From Lama glama (taxonomy: Eukaryota), in assembly GCA_028534125.1 (NCBI GenBank), contig CM052817.1, forward strand, positions 9,178,001 through 9,242,000: a DNA stretch of 64,000 nt, given 5' to 3'. The notes under the pieces were generated by a model. The model was not told the origin of the DNA. It did no database searches and was given only the letters and a program-made list of their open reading frames with translations. Below are positions 12,484 to 25,850 of the stretch, one piece after another. How positions within the stretch are numbered: position 1 is the first letter of the stretch; each line of letters opens with the position of its first letter. A program made the position numbers and the translations under genes.

Positions 12484-13964
12484 TTATTGGTTTTGAAAGC
12501 ATTAAACTAATAATTGCATCATTGGTTGAAGACGGTAAAAATGTTACACTACTACAAAGGATAATAAGAAACAATTTTATCACTGGGAATAAGGAAGCAG
12601 GAATTCTTAGGAAGCATTTGGAAAAGTGGATTCCACTTGGCCACAGCCGAGTCCCATGATCTGTGGTAAGTATGGAACACAAAAAAGCACGGTTAGGCGG
12701 GGTCATCAGTACTTCTCTCAGACGACCAGCAAAAGGGGCCAGTTACACACCAGATCAAATGCATTCTCTTAGAAAGAGGTTCTTTTTAACTGACAGAGAA
12801 GTTGGGAGTTGCAGGACTCTATCAATGTCCCAGGCATTTCTATATGAACATATCAGGTATTATGACATAGAAGTCCTAGGTGTCACTAGCACTCCTTTTG
12901 GGATCACATGTTCCAGACACTTCTCCAGTGCCTGCTCGTCACCACTGCTGCTGCCTGTTCTGCAGGAGGCACACGCTGGACTGGAAGCTCCAGGAGCACA
13001 GGGACTTTTACCTGTTTGTTTGCTGAACAGTGCCTGGCACATACTAGACAATAAATACTTGGTGAATTAAGTCAAACTGAGACTTGCCCAAAGACACACA
13101 GCTAGCAAGCAATGAAACCAGGACCCTAGGATAGAAACCCAGGTAATACGGCTTTTGAAATCATACTCTTAACCAGTATACCATCCTGCCACTGGCAAGT
13201 GGAGATAAATTTCAAAATATTAACTAAACCAGCACTAACCATTTCAGAAAATTTGCAAAATGGATAAAAGGAAATAATTACCCAGTAATCTACCACTCGG
13301 TTGGTCAGCATTAACATCTTGTGAACATTTCTTCTTGGGGCTTTAATCTCTCTGTGTCATATATATATTTTTTTCCCAGAGGTATAGCCAGACTCTAAAC
13401 ACATGTTCTGCTTTTAAATTTAGCATTATAGCAAATCATATTTCTATGCCATTATGAACTCTTCATAGACAAAACGTTGTATATTGCATTGAGAGGTTGT
13501 TACCTAATTTACCTCAAGTATTTCCTATTGTTGGACATAGGTTCTTTCCACGGTTTTATGTTTTGTTTGTTTACTATAAATAGTTCTCCAATAAAAATCT
13601 TGGTTCATAAACTTTTAACAACATTTTTGATAATATTTTTAAATGTCTAATATATTTATATTAAATATAAACTGTAAATAATATTTACAAAAAATAAAAT
13701 ATCCTTAGGATAGGTTCCAAACAGAAAAAGAAAAAAAAAAGGACTTGTGGGTCAAGTAGTATAAAATTTTTAAAGGCTTTTATTACTAATACTGGCAAAA
13801 TGCTTTCCAAAAGGATCATACCAATTTATATTCCCAATGTATGAAAGTGGGAACAGAATAGAGTGGATCTTCTGGACTAAATATACTAGTATATTTACTT
13901 ATTTCATAAGCAATAAATATCTCATTATTTTAATTTACACTTGCTAGAGGCTGAAATAAAAAGA

Positions 13965-14500
13965 TATATATACTTACAATATGACCCACCAATTCATTTC
14001 CAAAGAAGTACTCAAGAGAAACAAATGTGTCTTCCATACCATGTTTTGTTCATAATATCCAGATACTGGAAACAACTCAATGTCCATCATCAGTAGAATG
14101 GATACATCAATTGGAGTATATTCATAAAAGGAAACACCACAGAGAAATTTTAAAAAGAATGATTTACTATGTGCAACAACATGGATGCCTCTTACAGACA
14201 TTACGTTATGTAAAAGAAGTCAGGCACAAAGAAAATACTGTGTAAGGGCAGGCAAAACTAGCCAATGATAATGGAGCTCCGAATAGTGATGGGGAAAGGG
14301 AGGGGTGGGCATTAACTGGGAAAGGCGACGAGGCAGGCTTCTGGGTGCCGCAAAGTGTCTAAATTTTGATCTGCATGGTGAGCAGATGGGCATACACAGT
14401 TGTAGAAATTCACTGAGCTTAAAATTAGTTCAATTTGTTACATAAAGGTTATACCTCTATAGAGAGGTGAAAAATGTAAAAATAAAAATAAATAACAAAG
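13965..14500 (+). mobile_element. Old L1 3' end
   Basis: ATGACCCACCAATTC, CTGGAAACAACTCAATGTCCATCA, CAACAACATGGATG, GGCAAAACTA, TTATACCTC..AATAAA. Confidence 0.75.
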
Positions 14501-14899
14501 CATGCATTTTGAAGGACTGCGTAAGTGTATGGGCCCTCCCGTGAAGGTCCTTCAAGCTGAATGGCTCATTGCTCCATTTTATGGGAGTGAGAATTGGCTT
14601 TTGGATGATATCATGCTTTGCTGTTCAGGGAGTTAGATAATGAACCCACTGAACTATTTACACATATGTTTGAAGGTTATAGAAACCTGGAATGGTGCCC
14701 AAAAGACTCAAAGAGCAAAGGAAGTCATTTTAGCAATTACCATCTGGCAAATCTACCACTTCAATTATTATTTAAATAACACTTTTAGGGACAAAAAATG
14801 ATAAGCATAAAAAGGAGAAAAGGGATCATAAAAATCTTCAATAACGGGAATGGCACAACACTGGGAGCCAGAACCACATTCTAGTCCAGGTTCTACAAT

Positions 14900-15510
14900 A
14901 CGTGATTTCTAACACCAAGTCTCCCTGGTTTTCTTCTACCCTTCCTTGTCAGTCTCCTTTAGTGCCTCCCAATCCTCTCTCTTCCTTTAAATGCTGGTGT
15001 GCTCCTGGGTGTGCCTTCCTAGACAACTGCAGATAATTTCATGATTTTAAGTAGCATCTATAAGCCAATGCCTCCCAAATTTACATCTCCGGACCTGACC
15101 TCTCACCTAAACTTCTGCGACTGTAAACTTGACAACTCCATTAGGTGTCTAAGAGGCATCTCAAATTTAAGATCTTGATTTTCCATATACCCTCCCCTCT
15201 TTAACACCACTCCTCTCCCAGCTTCTCCACCTCAGGACAAGGTAACCACATTCTGCTTAAAACCCCAAACCCAGAAAGAGTGAAGGATCATAAAATGTGG
15301 GAGGCCCTTTCCCACTTTCTCTTTTATTCACAGCACTGACCACCACTTTCTGTGTTATATACAATATCTTTATTATCTGTCTCTCCAAAAAAGAATGGAA
15401 GTCCATGAGGGCAGGGACTTTGTTTTATGAATTGCTGTGTCACCAGTGCCTAGAACAGGGCTTAGCATGGGATAGGCACCTGGAATATGTTGGCTCGATG
15501 AATTAATGAT
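14900..15510 (+). mobile_element. L2 fragment
   Basis: CTCCCAAATTTACATCTCC, GGCATCTCAAATTTAA, TCCATGAGGGCAGGGAC, CAGTGCCTAGAACAG. Confidence 0.75.
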
Positions 15511-17195
15511 ACATTGAACATCATAGATTCTTGGCTGAAAAAAAATCACTGATAATAACATAAAGGACCATCTTTCATAGGACTGTCATTTACTCATCAG
15601 GTTGTGGTTTACATGGGATACATAATAGAAAATGTCTTTTTTTTTTTTTTTTGGCAACAAAATGGCACATGCTCTGCTGGTCTCTGCGGGGCTATGGCCT
15701 CACAACAGCTCTGACATTGACATTTGTGGATGGAATTCAGAAAGTCTGGGTTTAAGTCCTGACTCTGTCCCCTATTAACTGGGAGCCCTTACGTTATACG
15801 TACATCTCTCTGAATCTAGCTCGTCTCATCCATAAACCGAAGATTATTAAACCTGCCTCACAAGGTTATAATGCAAATAACTTTAGATGATACAGTGTTT
15901 AGGAGGGTGTCAAGCAAATACAAGGTCTTTAAAAAAAAAAAAGACCAAAAAGCAGGTATCTGCATTTATGTAAATTACGCTATTGATCATTACGCTTTCT
16001 TGACAGGCCAAGTATTATTTTTAAATAATATTTATTATCTTTTTCTCCTCATCATAAATACATACTTACTATAGAAACTGTGGACTGTCCATAAAAATAA
16101 CTCTTAAATGAAAGTGACCTAGAATTCTACCTTCTAGAGGTAACCACTGCTAACATTTTGGTTGTGTGAAGTCTCTTTAATGTACATTATCTTCTTTGTA
16201 TGGTATTTTACCCTGTCCTTATGTTAACAATGTCACACAAATTCATAAAGCACATGACTTATAAAAGCTATATTTCTTTCTTCTATGCTCGTATGGATGG
16301 TCTATTGGACTGATTGACCTGTGTACAATTACAATAATATCGTTAATAATTTTTGTGATTATTTTTATGGATGAAATTTCCAGATGAAATGACTGGATAA
16401 AAGAGGATAAAACCACTGAAGCTTTTCACGCATTTTGCCAAATTCTCTTAAAAAAAATTGGGCTAATTTACACTAAAACCAACAGTATATGATTGCCTGT
16501 TTCCTCACTTCCTCATGAGATATTGACTTGTACTGTGGGAAAAAAACCCACAAACGCCATTGTGGTAAATAAACAAACAAAAAATCTTACCAATATTTTA
16601 TTTCATAATATTTGTTATATTTTAATATCAATTTTTAATAATGACATGATTATATTTGTAAAAATATGTACTATTAAACATTTGTTTTCAAATGAAAATG
16701 TAAAGTTTCACCTTCTAATAATGGTGATTGTCAATTCTTTCTGAGAACAATTCCAGACATTTCTCTCTGTATGGATAGAAAGATATAAGGACTAGTAGGT
16801 AGTTAGAAAGAAGGAAGGAAGGGAAGGAGAGGCGAAAGAAGGGTGAAATGAGGTTTTCTTAGAAATACAGGCAATTTTCTTTATTTGTGGATTCTGTGTT
16901 TGTGAATTTGTCTACATGCTGTATCATGGTGATCATTTCCCAATACACACTAATATTTAATCATTAAACATGCCTCTGCGATGTACCCGCGCACAGAGTA
17001 TCAAACCACATCACACGTGACTAGAAAACCTCCCCCAGGCCTGCCTGCAAGGGTACAAACTGGGACAGGCCTGAGCAGCAACAGCTACCATTGTCAGGGA
17101 AAGCCACCCATCCAGGGAACACGATTTCCAAGTCCAGGGGCCACACTGCATGGCGCATACGGATGGTCTGAGGCTGACCCCAAAAACTGCCTTGC

Positions 17196-17372
17196 TGTAT
17201 TTCACTGATTCTAAGGCACACATTATTTTCACATCTCTGAAAATGAAGCATGCCTTGTAATTGATGTCATGTCAGAGTATAATTGACAGAGGTTGTCATT
17301 TGTTTCTCAGTGATACATAAAAAAGACGGTGCATCTTATCATTGACGGCATCTCTAATTTAACAGAACACAG
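17196..17372 (+). mobile_element. MER104-like Tc2 MITE
   Basis: CTGTATTTCACTGATTCTAAG...ACATCTCTGAAA...GGTGCATCTTA..TTGACGGCATC...ACAG, collinear with the recalled MER104 consensus. Confidence 0.75.
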
Positions 17373-17519
17373 TGGCGTAGACCTGGAAAGGCAGCCCATC
17401 AAGGGTGCTTGGGAAACTGTGGGTGATTGGCAGGGAGAGAAGAAGGTTTGGGTAATTGGGGCAGAAAATGGCAAAGGTGAGTGAGTAGGAGGATGCAGTC
17501 ATGGATGGGGAATATTTTA

Positions 17520-17860
17520 GTTGAAAGACTGTGCAAAGGTCACTTGTCCATGATCATCATCTTCAAATATTTGAAGGGCTGCCATGTGGAAGGAGCAAAC
17601 ACACTGGTTTTGTGCAGCTCCTGGGGGCAAAATGAGGACCAACAAGCGCAGTAAATGATGCTGAGCTTGGCTCAAAAAAACAGCAAGGATTTAAAAGTTT
17701 TTATTTTTTAAGCAAATTGGATGAACTTCCATATGAGGAAGTGAATTTTATTGGTAGGAGTCAGGAAGAGTCATGCTGCTTTAGAAGGCATCCCTGCCTT
17801 GAATTTGAGATTTGATATAGCAACTTCTCTTCCAGTTTTAAGGTATTAAAACTCTAAAAA
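17520..17860 (+). mobile_element. L3/CR1 3' fragment
   Basis: TCTTCAAATATTTGAAGGGCTGCCATGTGGAAG...GCTCC..GGGGCAAAATGAGGACCAA is typical of the CR1 3' end. Confidence 0.65.
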
Positions 17861-18829
17861 TTTATACATATTTAGCTTTTACTAGAAAGTTATTTTATAT
17901 AAATAATCAAAAGGAATATCAGAGATATGTGTAGAAATATCTTAATTGTAGAGTAAAGAAAGATTTAATCAATACATCCATTCATTGGGATATGGTTCAA
18001 TAAATACAATGTGATGAAATAGACAGCTGTTTAAGATAACCACTATGAAAACCATGTGCCAGCAAGGAAAACCGTGTGTGATAAAGTCCTAAGTGAGTGA
18101 ATAATTCACAACACAACATTACATCCTCACTGATTGTAAAAATATCATGTTTGCATTTGGACAAGGACTCCCTAGGAAAAGGAAAAGGAAAAGAGGTGAT
18201 TCTTTGAGGAACAGAATTCTAGGTAAGTTAGCTTTTTCCTTTTTAATTTTTGATTTATGTTATTGTTGTGGTGAGCTACTTAAGCAATCCCTGTTGTGGG
18301 AAAGTTAGTTCCTGCTACTACTTTGAGAAACTCAAGCTGGGGCCTCTCCAAAATGAAAAAAAATATGCACTGTAAGCTCCTTAATGCTCCTTCCCAAAGC
18401 ACTTACACTTATAAAGGATAATCTTAAGTTCTTTGGACCTAATTTCTCAATAAAAGACCTGCTAGTTATTTCCTTTAGACTGGAGATCCCATAAAGTAAC
18501 TACTGAGACAATAAGGGCAAAGTGAACCAACAGACTTTTGGAAACCTCTCACCTAGTCCCTGCACTCAGAGTGTAAAACGCAAAACTGGACCATTAAAAA
18601 TCAATGAAGCTACAGGAATAAGTCATATAATCTATGTGAGCACAGGGAGGGGAGGAAGAGTTGGGGTGGGAGAAGAGGGGAAGACAAGTAATGTAGGCTG
18701 TATGGGAGGCATTGAGAACGAATATACAGGAAGAATAATTACTAAGGCTGTTGATTTTATTTTATCTAAATAATAAATGCTCTGATTTTTTAAAATCAAA
18801 TAAACTGGTTCATACTGAAAGATGGTAAT

Positions 18830-21200
18830 CTCCTGAGCCACTCACCACCAAATTCTAAGTCCTGCTCCCTAAAGTCAACCTCTTTCGACTATTTTACCTA
18901 TTTTTCTGGTAATTATCTCCCTATCTCTAAACAAGATGCTCAAACCACTATATCTTGCTTTAAAAATTTAAGACCTTATATATTGACTTCCTGCTATATA
19001 AGTTAATCATTGAGCTTTCTTACACCATCTTCAACTTCTTAATTATGTATCAAATACTGAGCTAACCAATAATCAGTGTTTGCATCCTTATGACTTATAC
19101 AAATGTTATTTATTACTAAACCAAGCAATATACTGGGATGCCAAATCCTTTCTTATAGAACTATTGCTTTTCCTAGAGATGTTAACTGATTTCTTTTTTG
19201 TGTGTTCATTTTTAAATGTACTTACTGCTACTTTTTTCCCAACTACCCCAACAAGTCTTTCAAAATCTATCATAATTTTCACGAACACTCAACCACAGTT
19301 TCAAACATTTATTTCTGCCTCCTTTCCTCCCCTCTGCCACCGACCTATTTGTATCCTTTTTCCCTTTGCCCTCAGTCCTCTGTTCCCATCTGGACCTATT
19401 GGTCTCCAGGCCTGTTACAAGGTTTTCATGCTGGGCATTCTTTTCTCTACCATCTTGGACCCCAAGCATGAAATGCCCTGGTTTCTTAAACCCACGTCTT
19501 CCTCTTTTTTGATTGACTCCTCATTTTATAAAGCATATCCTTTGGTAGCTTCCTAAGAATAGATGTGTAGTGGGTAAAATGCTCGAGCCTTCATGACATA
19601 AAATGTTTACATAATACCTTATATCCTCAATGGATAATGTGTGTCTGGAGTCTTAGGTTGACTATAACTATCTCTTCAAATTTTAAAAATATTGCCCTAT
19701 GTTCTGTTATCCAGCGTCGCTATGGTTAAGTTTGAAGCCATTTTGAATTCTGATCTTGTCTCTGTCTCTCTATCTCTGTCTCTTTCTCACTTGTCTTTAT
19801 TCCAAGTGTACTAAAATTTCACAATAATGTACCTTGGTGTAGGGTCTTCTTTCATGCAGTGTGTTGAGCCATCAGGAGCCTGTCAGTGTAGAAGTTCACA
19901 AACTTCAGTTAGGGGAGACATTGCTACATTAGCCCTTTGATAATTAATCCTTTCCATTTTTTCTAACTTCTCTTTCTGAATCTCCTAATTTATAGATGTA
20001 GGAGTCCCTGGATTGACTTTTTAAGTTTCCTATTTTTTCTTCCTTCTTGCCCATCATTTTTTCCCTTCTGTTGGACAACAAAGTTACTTGTCAACATTTT
20101 TATGAACTTTTTAGGCTCTTTTGTCGGGAGGGGGGGAGTGAAATAGAAACATCATTTTTTCCCCCCAAGAGCTCTTTATTGTTCTGTTTCCTTTTCCCAA
20201 GTATCCTATTGATTTTTTATTGGTGTAACACATTTTCTTATCTTTATGAAGATAATAGTTACAGATTTCTTGAAGTTTCCCCCTGCTTCCAGAATTGCCT
20301 GTTCCACTGAGTTCCTTTTCATTGTCGTTTTCTGTTGGTTTGTTTATTTCATTGGTTGGTTTTTTTGGGGAGGGGTTTTGGCGCATTTTCATCACTTTCA
20401 TGTGGAAGGCCTTCCTCAAATACCTAGCTATCCTGGATTGCCCATTTGTCCTTTTTAAGAGTAAAGCACCAAATGTAATCTGAAGCACTGTGAACATGGG
20501 CAGAGACTTAATTGCTGGGTTTCACTTTGGGTAATGAAAGGGCATGCCATCCTTGTGGATGGAAAGCTCCATCTGTTTGTCTCTGGAAAGCTTTTCTTGG
20601 GAGCTACTTCATTTCTCCACAAAAGGATTCTCTAATCTGCTGCTGGAGAGCTTCAGGAAAGGGATACATGCTTGGATGCTGGCCTTCGAAGGTAATAGGG
20701 GAAGGTGCTCACGGTCTCACAGTGTGTTATATAGATCGTTCTTAATCCTCTTTTAGTCCCATTTTGTACCACCTTGCTCTCCCCAGATATGGGTGTCCCT
20801 GAAACAAGAGACCATTGGTTTAATCTCCAAAGGCAAGGAAGAGACCACCTTCTGGCCATGAAGGGTTAAGGGGATGTCTGTCAGTCACCCCGTTTTAGCC
20901 TCTACCTCCCGAGCTGCAACTGATCCTCGTACTCTTCTTGCAGAGCCTCTCAGAGGCCCCTTGGGCAAGCCATCTGCCGGCACTTAAATGGGAACTTTCT
21001 CCACTTGGCTAGGTTGTTTGCCATGCCTGCATCTGTTTCCTATCTTCAGAAAAGTGGTTGAACCATTTCATTCATTATTGTCTCTCCTTCTGTTCTCGTT
21101 GTCCTTGCAGACCAGTATATTTATGCTTTTGCCACTGTTTCAAGGATTTGGGGAGGGAAACAAGACAGGCCTGTGTGAACCACTGCTATGATTAAACTGA
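18830..21200 (-). mobile_element. Very old L1-type (L1ME/HAL1-like) remnant
   Basis: T-rich antisense tract with TTTAAAAATATTGCCC, GTTTGAAGCCATT, AAATTTCACAATAATGTACCTTGGTGT. Confidence 0.5.
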
Positions 21201-21354
21201 AGCCTAATGTCAAATTCAGAGGAACAGTGGAGTTAGTCAAGTGGAGAGAATTGATGGGGCAGTCCAGGCGGAGTTCTACATGACGGTCTTCTAGCAGACA
21301 TATAAAGTAAACTAAAATGGATAAGATCTTCTGCCTGCTCCAGAGGAAACACTG

Positions 21355-21605
21355 AAGTAGCATAGTGCTCAATTCTCAAGCTCAAGGTCTGGAAGGATGC
21401 AGCCTTCATCCCAGGCCACTTCCTTAGCTGCTGTGTCTCTATCAGGAAAATGTAACCTCTCTGGGCCAGCATTTCCTCATCTATCAAATAGAGAGAAGAA
21501 TTGGACCTACTTCCTACCTTTATAGAGCCAATTAGATGAGGTGATTCTTTGTAAAGAGGTCAGCACCATATCTAGCAAAAGAATAAGAACCAAATAAACA
21601 TCATT
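21355..21605 (+). mobile_element. MIR
   Basis: GTAGCATAGTG, CCACTTCCTTAGCTG, AACCTCTCTGGGCC..TTTCCTCATCTA. Confidence 0.7.
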
Positions 21606-23219
21606 ATCGTCATCATCATCATCTAACTGCACAAATACATCTTAATAGGGAAAATCTGATTGAAGGGACTCGCAAAAATAATGTAGACGAGCAGAAAAGA
21701 AAATTGTATGAAAAGTCAGTGATGGAGTTCTGAAAGCCTTCCCTGGATTTGGCTTCCTGACAGAAACCAGAGTTATTTGAAGGACTAAACTAAACATGAG
21801 TATTTGTATAAGGTGCTGCTTAGGAGTTGTTCACACAAGTACTTATTAAGTGGTAGCTATTGTTATTATTATTAAATGTGATGTGAATGGGACAAAGAAA
21901 GCACCTTGAAAGTTCAGAAGTGGGAAGGAGATTAACTGTCAGGTTAAAACCTGGCCTAGGGGTACACTCTGAACCATCAGTCAATCCCTGGGAATAATGA
22001 GGTGCCCTGCTGTGTTCTACACTAGGGCCTTGCACTTCCCTTAATGTATCTCATTACCTGTTCATCTCTTTTCCCCCTAGAGACTATAGCTGTGAGTGGG
22101 AAGGACCCAATAGGTCTAATTCTCCTCTAGATTTCCAGCACCCAGCACAGTAACCAACACACAGTATTTTTTATAGCAACTGGAAACTGTTTAAATCCCC
22201 TACATAAATATTTTTAAGAGCAAGCATGAGGTGGTAGGATGGACAAAAAATGGCTGGTTTGGCACACCTTTCATTTCATGCTCATGGTATGACAAGCCCC
22301 AAAATATTTCATATCTAGCCTTTTTATTTTTAAGTTTCTTGTGCATAAACTAGGTACATTGAGTGGCACCAAAATAAACAACTCAATATGGCTCCAACTC
22401 TTTTTGCAAATCTCCGAGGCTGGCAAATCCCACACGAGCCCACCTGGCAGCTCTGCTCTTCCACTTTACAAAAGGGTTGAGAGCAAAGCGTTTCGGGAAA
22501 ATTCTACAGTGCTGAGTGCATTTCTTTTTACCTAATGCATTTCCATGCTTTTCTTGTTAGTTAGACATTTTGACACAGATTATTAAAATGAAGCAATGCT
22601 TGTTAAAACAAATAGGAAAAAGATGCTTTCTGTAATGTCTTGAATTTTACTCTTTGTAGACTTGCCAAATTACAGGATTCTACAATGTTTCCTGTTACCA
22701 AAGGGAATGAGTGACTTTTTCTGCATAATACCCAGGGTTGAGAAGCATCTTATGATGAAATCTCATATTTTGAAGGTACATTTATAGTTCTCAAAGTACT
22801 TTCATGAGTTTATATCATTTAGTTCTGGTGAATGGATCCAGTGAGAATAGTTTCATTCTTACAATGGAAAAACAAGGGTTCGGCAAGGTTTAGGTGACTC
22901 AAGTCAACGTCACACAACGGGCTGAGAGCACACAGAATGGCAGAAAAGTAGTGGGATGAGCAGCAGTCAGGGGCCCTGAGTCTAATAAGCTATGCAACCT
23001 TGGGCAAGACATCTCATTCTTCTGGGTCTCAGATTCCTTATTTGAAAAGTGAGAAGGTTAAATAAAGAATGCTCCCAATTCAATGTAATTTGGTGCAGCC
23101 ATAATGGAAGACAGTAGGAAGATTCCTTAAAAAACTAAAAATAGAGTTACCATATGATCCATCAATCCTGCTCCTGGGCATATATCTGAAGAAAACTCTA
23201 ACTCAAAAACATACATGCA

Positions 23220-24044
23220 TGTGGTTACCAGGGGGCTAGAGGGTGGGAAGGGATAGACTGGGATTTCAAAATTGTAGAATAGATAAACAAGATTACACTG
23301 TATAGCACAGGGAAATATACACAAAATGTTATGATAAATCACAGAGAAAAACATGTGACAATGAGTGTGTATATGTCCATGAATGACTGAAAAATTGTGC
23401 TGAACACTGGAATTTGACACAACATTGTAAAATGANNNNNNNNNNNNNNNNNNNNNNNNNNNNNNNNNNNNNNNNNNNNNNNNNNNNNNNNNNNNNNNNN
23501 NNNNNNNNNNNNNNNNNNNNNNNNNNNNNNNNNNNNNNNNNNNNNNNNNNNNNNNNNNNNNNNNNNNNNNNNNNNNNNNNNNNNNNNNNNNNNNNNNNNN
23601 NNNNNNNNNNNNNNNNNNNNNNNNNNNNNNNNNNNNNNNNNNNNNNNNNNNNNNNNNNNNNNNNNNNNNNNNNNNNNNNNNNNNNNNNNNNNNNNNNNNN
23701 NNNNNNNNNNNNNNNNNNNNNNNNNNNNNNNNNNNNNNNNNNNNNNNNNNNNNNNNNNNNNNNNNNNNNNNNNNNNNNNNNNNNNNNNNNNNNNNNNNNN
23801 NNNNNNNNNNNNNNNNNNNNNNNNNNNNNNNNNNNNNNNNNNNNNNNNNNNNNNNNNNNNNNNNNNNNNNNNNNNNNNNNNNNNNNNNNNNNNNNNNNNN
23901 NNNNNNNNNNNNNNNNNNNNNNNNNNNNNNNNNNNATGTGACAATGAGTGTGTATATGTCCATGAATGACTGAAAAATTGTGCTGAACACTGGAATTTGA
24001 CACAACATTGTAAAATGATTATAAATCAATAAAAAATGTTAAAA
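23220..24044 (+). mobile_element. Young lineage-specific L1 3' UTR fragment (~240 bp once the gap is collapsed)
   Basis: GTGGTTACCAGGGGG...ATCAATAAAAAATGTTAAAA with a perfect 15-bp TSD AAAAACATACATGCA at 23205-23219 and 24045-24059. Confidence 0.9.
23436..23935. other. Assembly gap (500 N)
   Basis: Run of N; the two flanks share an identical 83-nt overlap. Confidence 0.99.
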
Positions 24045-25339
24045 AAAAACATACATGCACCCCAATGTCCATAGCAGCATTATTTACAATAGCCAAGACA
24101 TGATGGAAGCAACCCAAATGCCCATAGACAGATGACTGGATAAAGAAGATGTGGTAAAAATATCCACAATGGAGTATTGCTCAGCCATAAAAAAGAATGA
24201 AATAATGTCATTTGCAGCAACACAGATGGATCTACAGATTGTTGTACTAAGTGAAATAAGTCAGAGGAAGGCAACTATCATATGATATCACTTACATGTG
24301 GAATCTAAAAAATGATACAAATGAACTTATTTACAAAACAGAAACAGACTCAGACATAGAAAACAAACTTATAGTTACCAAAGGGGAAAGGTAGGGGGAG
24401 GGATAAATTAGGAGTTTGTGATTAGCAGATACAAACTACTATATACAAAACAGATAAACAACAAGGTCCTTCTGTATAGCAGAGAGAACTATATCCAATA
24501 TCTTGTTTTAGCCTATTATAAAAAAGAATATATGTGTATGACTGAATCATTATGCTGTATACCAGAAACTAACACAATATTGTAAGTCAACAATATTTCA
24601 ATAAAAATTTTAAATAAATTTTTTAAATGCTGTCAATTCTAATACTCTGAATTATATAATCCAAACTGGATTTTCTAAGCTCTTTCCATACTATGGCACA
24701 AAACAGATTATTCTCTGGGATTAAACCTCTTCTGTTACTGATCAACCCAATGAATCTCTCTTTCTCACTTTCCAGTTGCTTACTTTGAAACACAACAAAA
24801 TGTATACAAATGGATGGAGTACCTGATATTTGTCAGGCACTATGCCAGGCAGTAATGATGCCAAGGTGAAGGGGCCTGGTGCCTGCCCTCAAGGAATTTA
24901 CTGCCTAGAGGAGGCACATGAGCAGCTATGAAGCTATGTCATGGCTGTAGTAATGGAGAGATGATGGACAAGGTCCCAAGGAAGCATTTAAAAAAAAAGG
25001 CAAACTCGGATCTGTCTTCCTTAAGAAGTGCCATTTGGGTTGATTCTTATTAATTGATGGAAACAAGACATCGTGGTGATAGCAGCAGGTGCACAGTCAA
25101 GAAGGCATGAAGCATCCAGAGAACAGTCAGCCCTTCTGGAGTGGAGACAGGGCTGGGGGAAGGAGAAGCACACAGAGCAAGAGATAAGGTCGGAGAAGTG
25201 GACTGAGATCCAATCACGAATGACTCCTGTTGTTGACCCGGGCCTCACTATTTAGTCTTGTTTTGTTTATTTATGTTCTGCCTTGCTCCCAAAAGGATTT
25301 GAGGTGGTTTACATGACAAAAACAACAACAACAACAACA

Positions 25340-25850
25340 AAACATCAGTTCTGACTGGCTTAAGTAATAAGGTACTGTATTTGGTTCAGGTGAGGCCAGT
25401 TAGACTTCAGGATTTATTCACCCAGAGACTCTAGCTCAGCTCCTCTACAGTTTTGTGACCATCCCTTCTTTGGTATATTTACTTCCCTCCAACATCCAGT
25501 GGTTTCCTATTTTTAGACAGGAAATATCTGACTCAGAGCCCCAAGAAATTCCCCCTCTTGTCTCTCTGGCCTAAGCTGGGTCACATGCCCATTTATGAAT
25601 CAGCCCTTGAGTACAGGAACCTGCCAGGTGCTGACTGCCTTAGGCCTGGATTCCTGAACCACTGTGCCCACTCTGGGGGGATTATCCCCAGGCCGCTCAC
25701 ATCCACCTCCTGAGCTGAGAGTGAAGCCAGCCTCCTTGAAACCATGGGCTGTGATGGTAAGAGGTGGCATCAGTGAATGAACACTGGTTTAGATTACAAA
25801 GGGTGAAGAAAATGGATATGGGACATTTAAACAGAAATGTTCACTGAACT
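25340..25850 (-). mobile_element. Old MLT1 (J/K-like) LTR remnant
   Basis: CTGACTGGCTTAAGTAATAAGG; TGGCCTAAGCTGGGTCACATGCCCA. Confidence 0.55.

Larger units (their letters stand above)
23082..24625 (+). mobile_element. 5'-truncated L1 (end of ORF2 plus 3' UTR), inserted in a MIR and interrupted by a younger L1
   Basis: L1 3' motifs (TTGGTGCAGCC, AAAATAGAGTTACCATATGATCC, AAAAAGAATGAAATAATGTCATTTGCAGCAAC), AATAAA and A-rich end. Degenerate TSD AATGCTCCCAATTC (~23068) / AATGCTGTCAATTC (~24626). Confidence 0.88.

Noticed and set aside
19080..19556. 158-aa hydrophobic ORF, and similar ones at 37402-37848 and 41320-41796
   Set aside because: T-rich antisense L1 sequence gives F/L/I-rich pseudo-membrane ORFs; no coding evidence.
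23127..24029. ORFs of 175-300 aa in the track
   Set aside because: They are open only because they run through 500 Ns; the flanks are L1 3' UTR.
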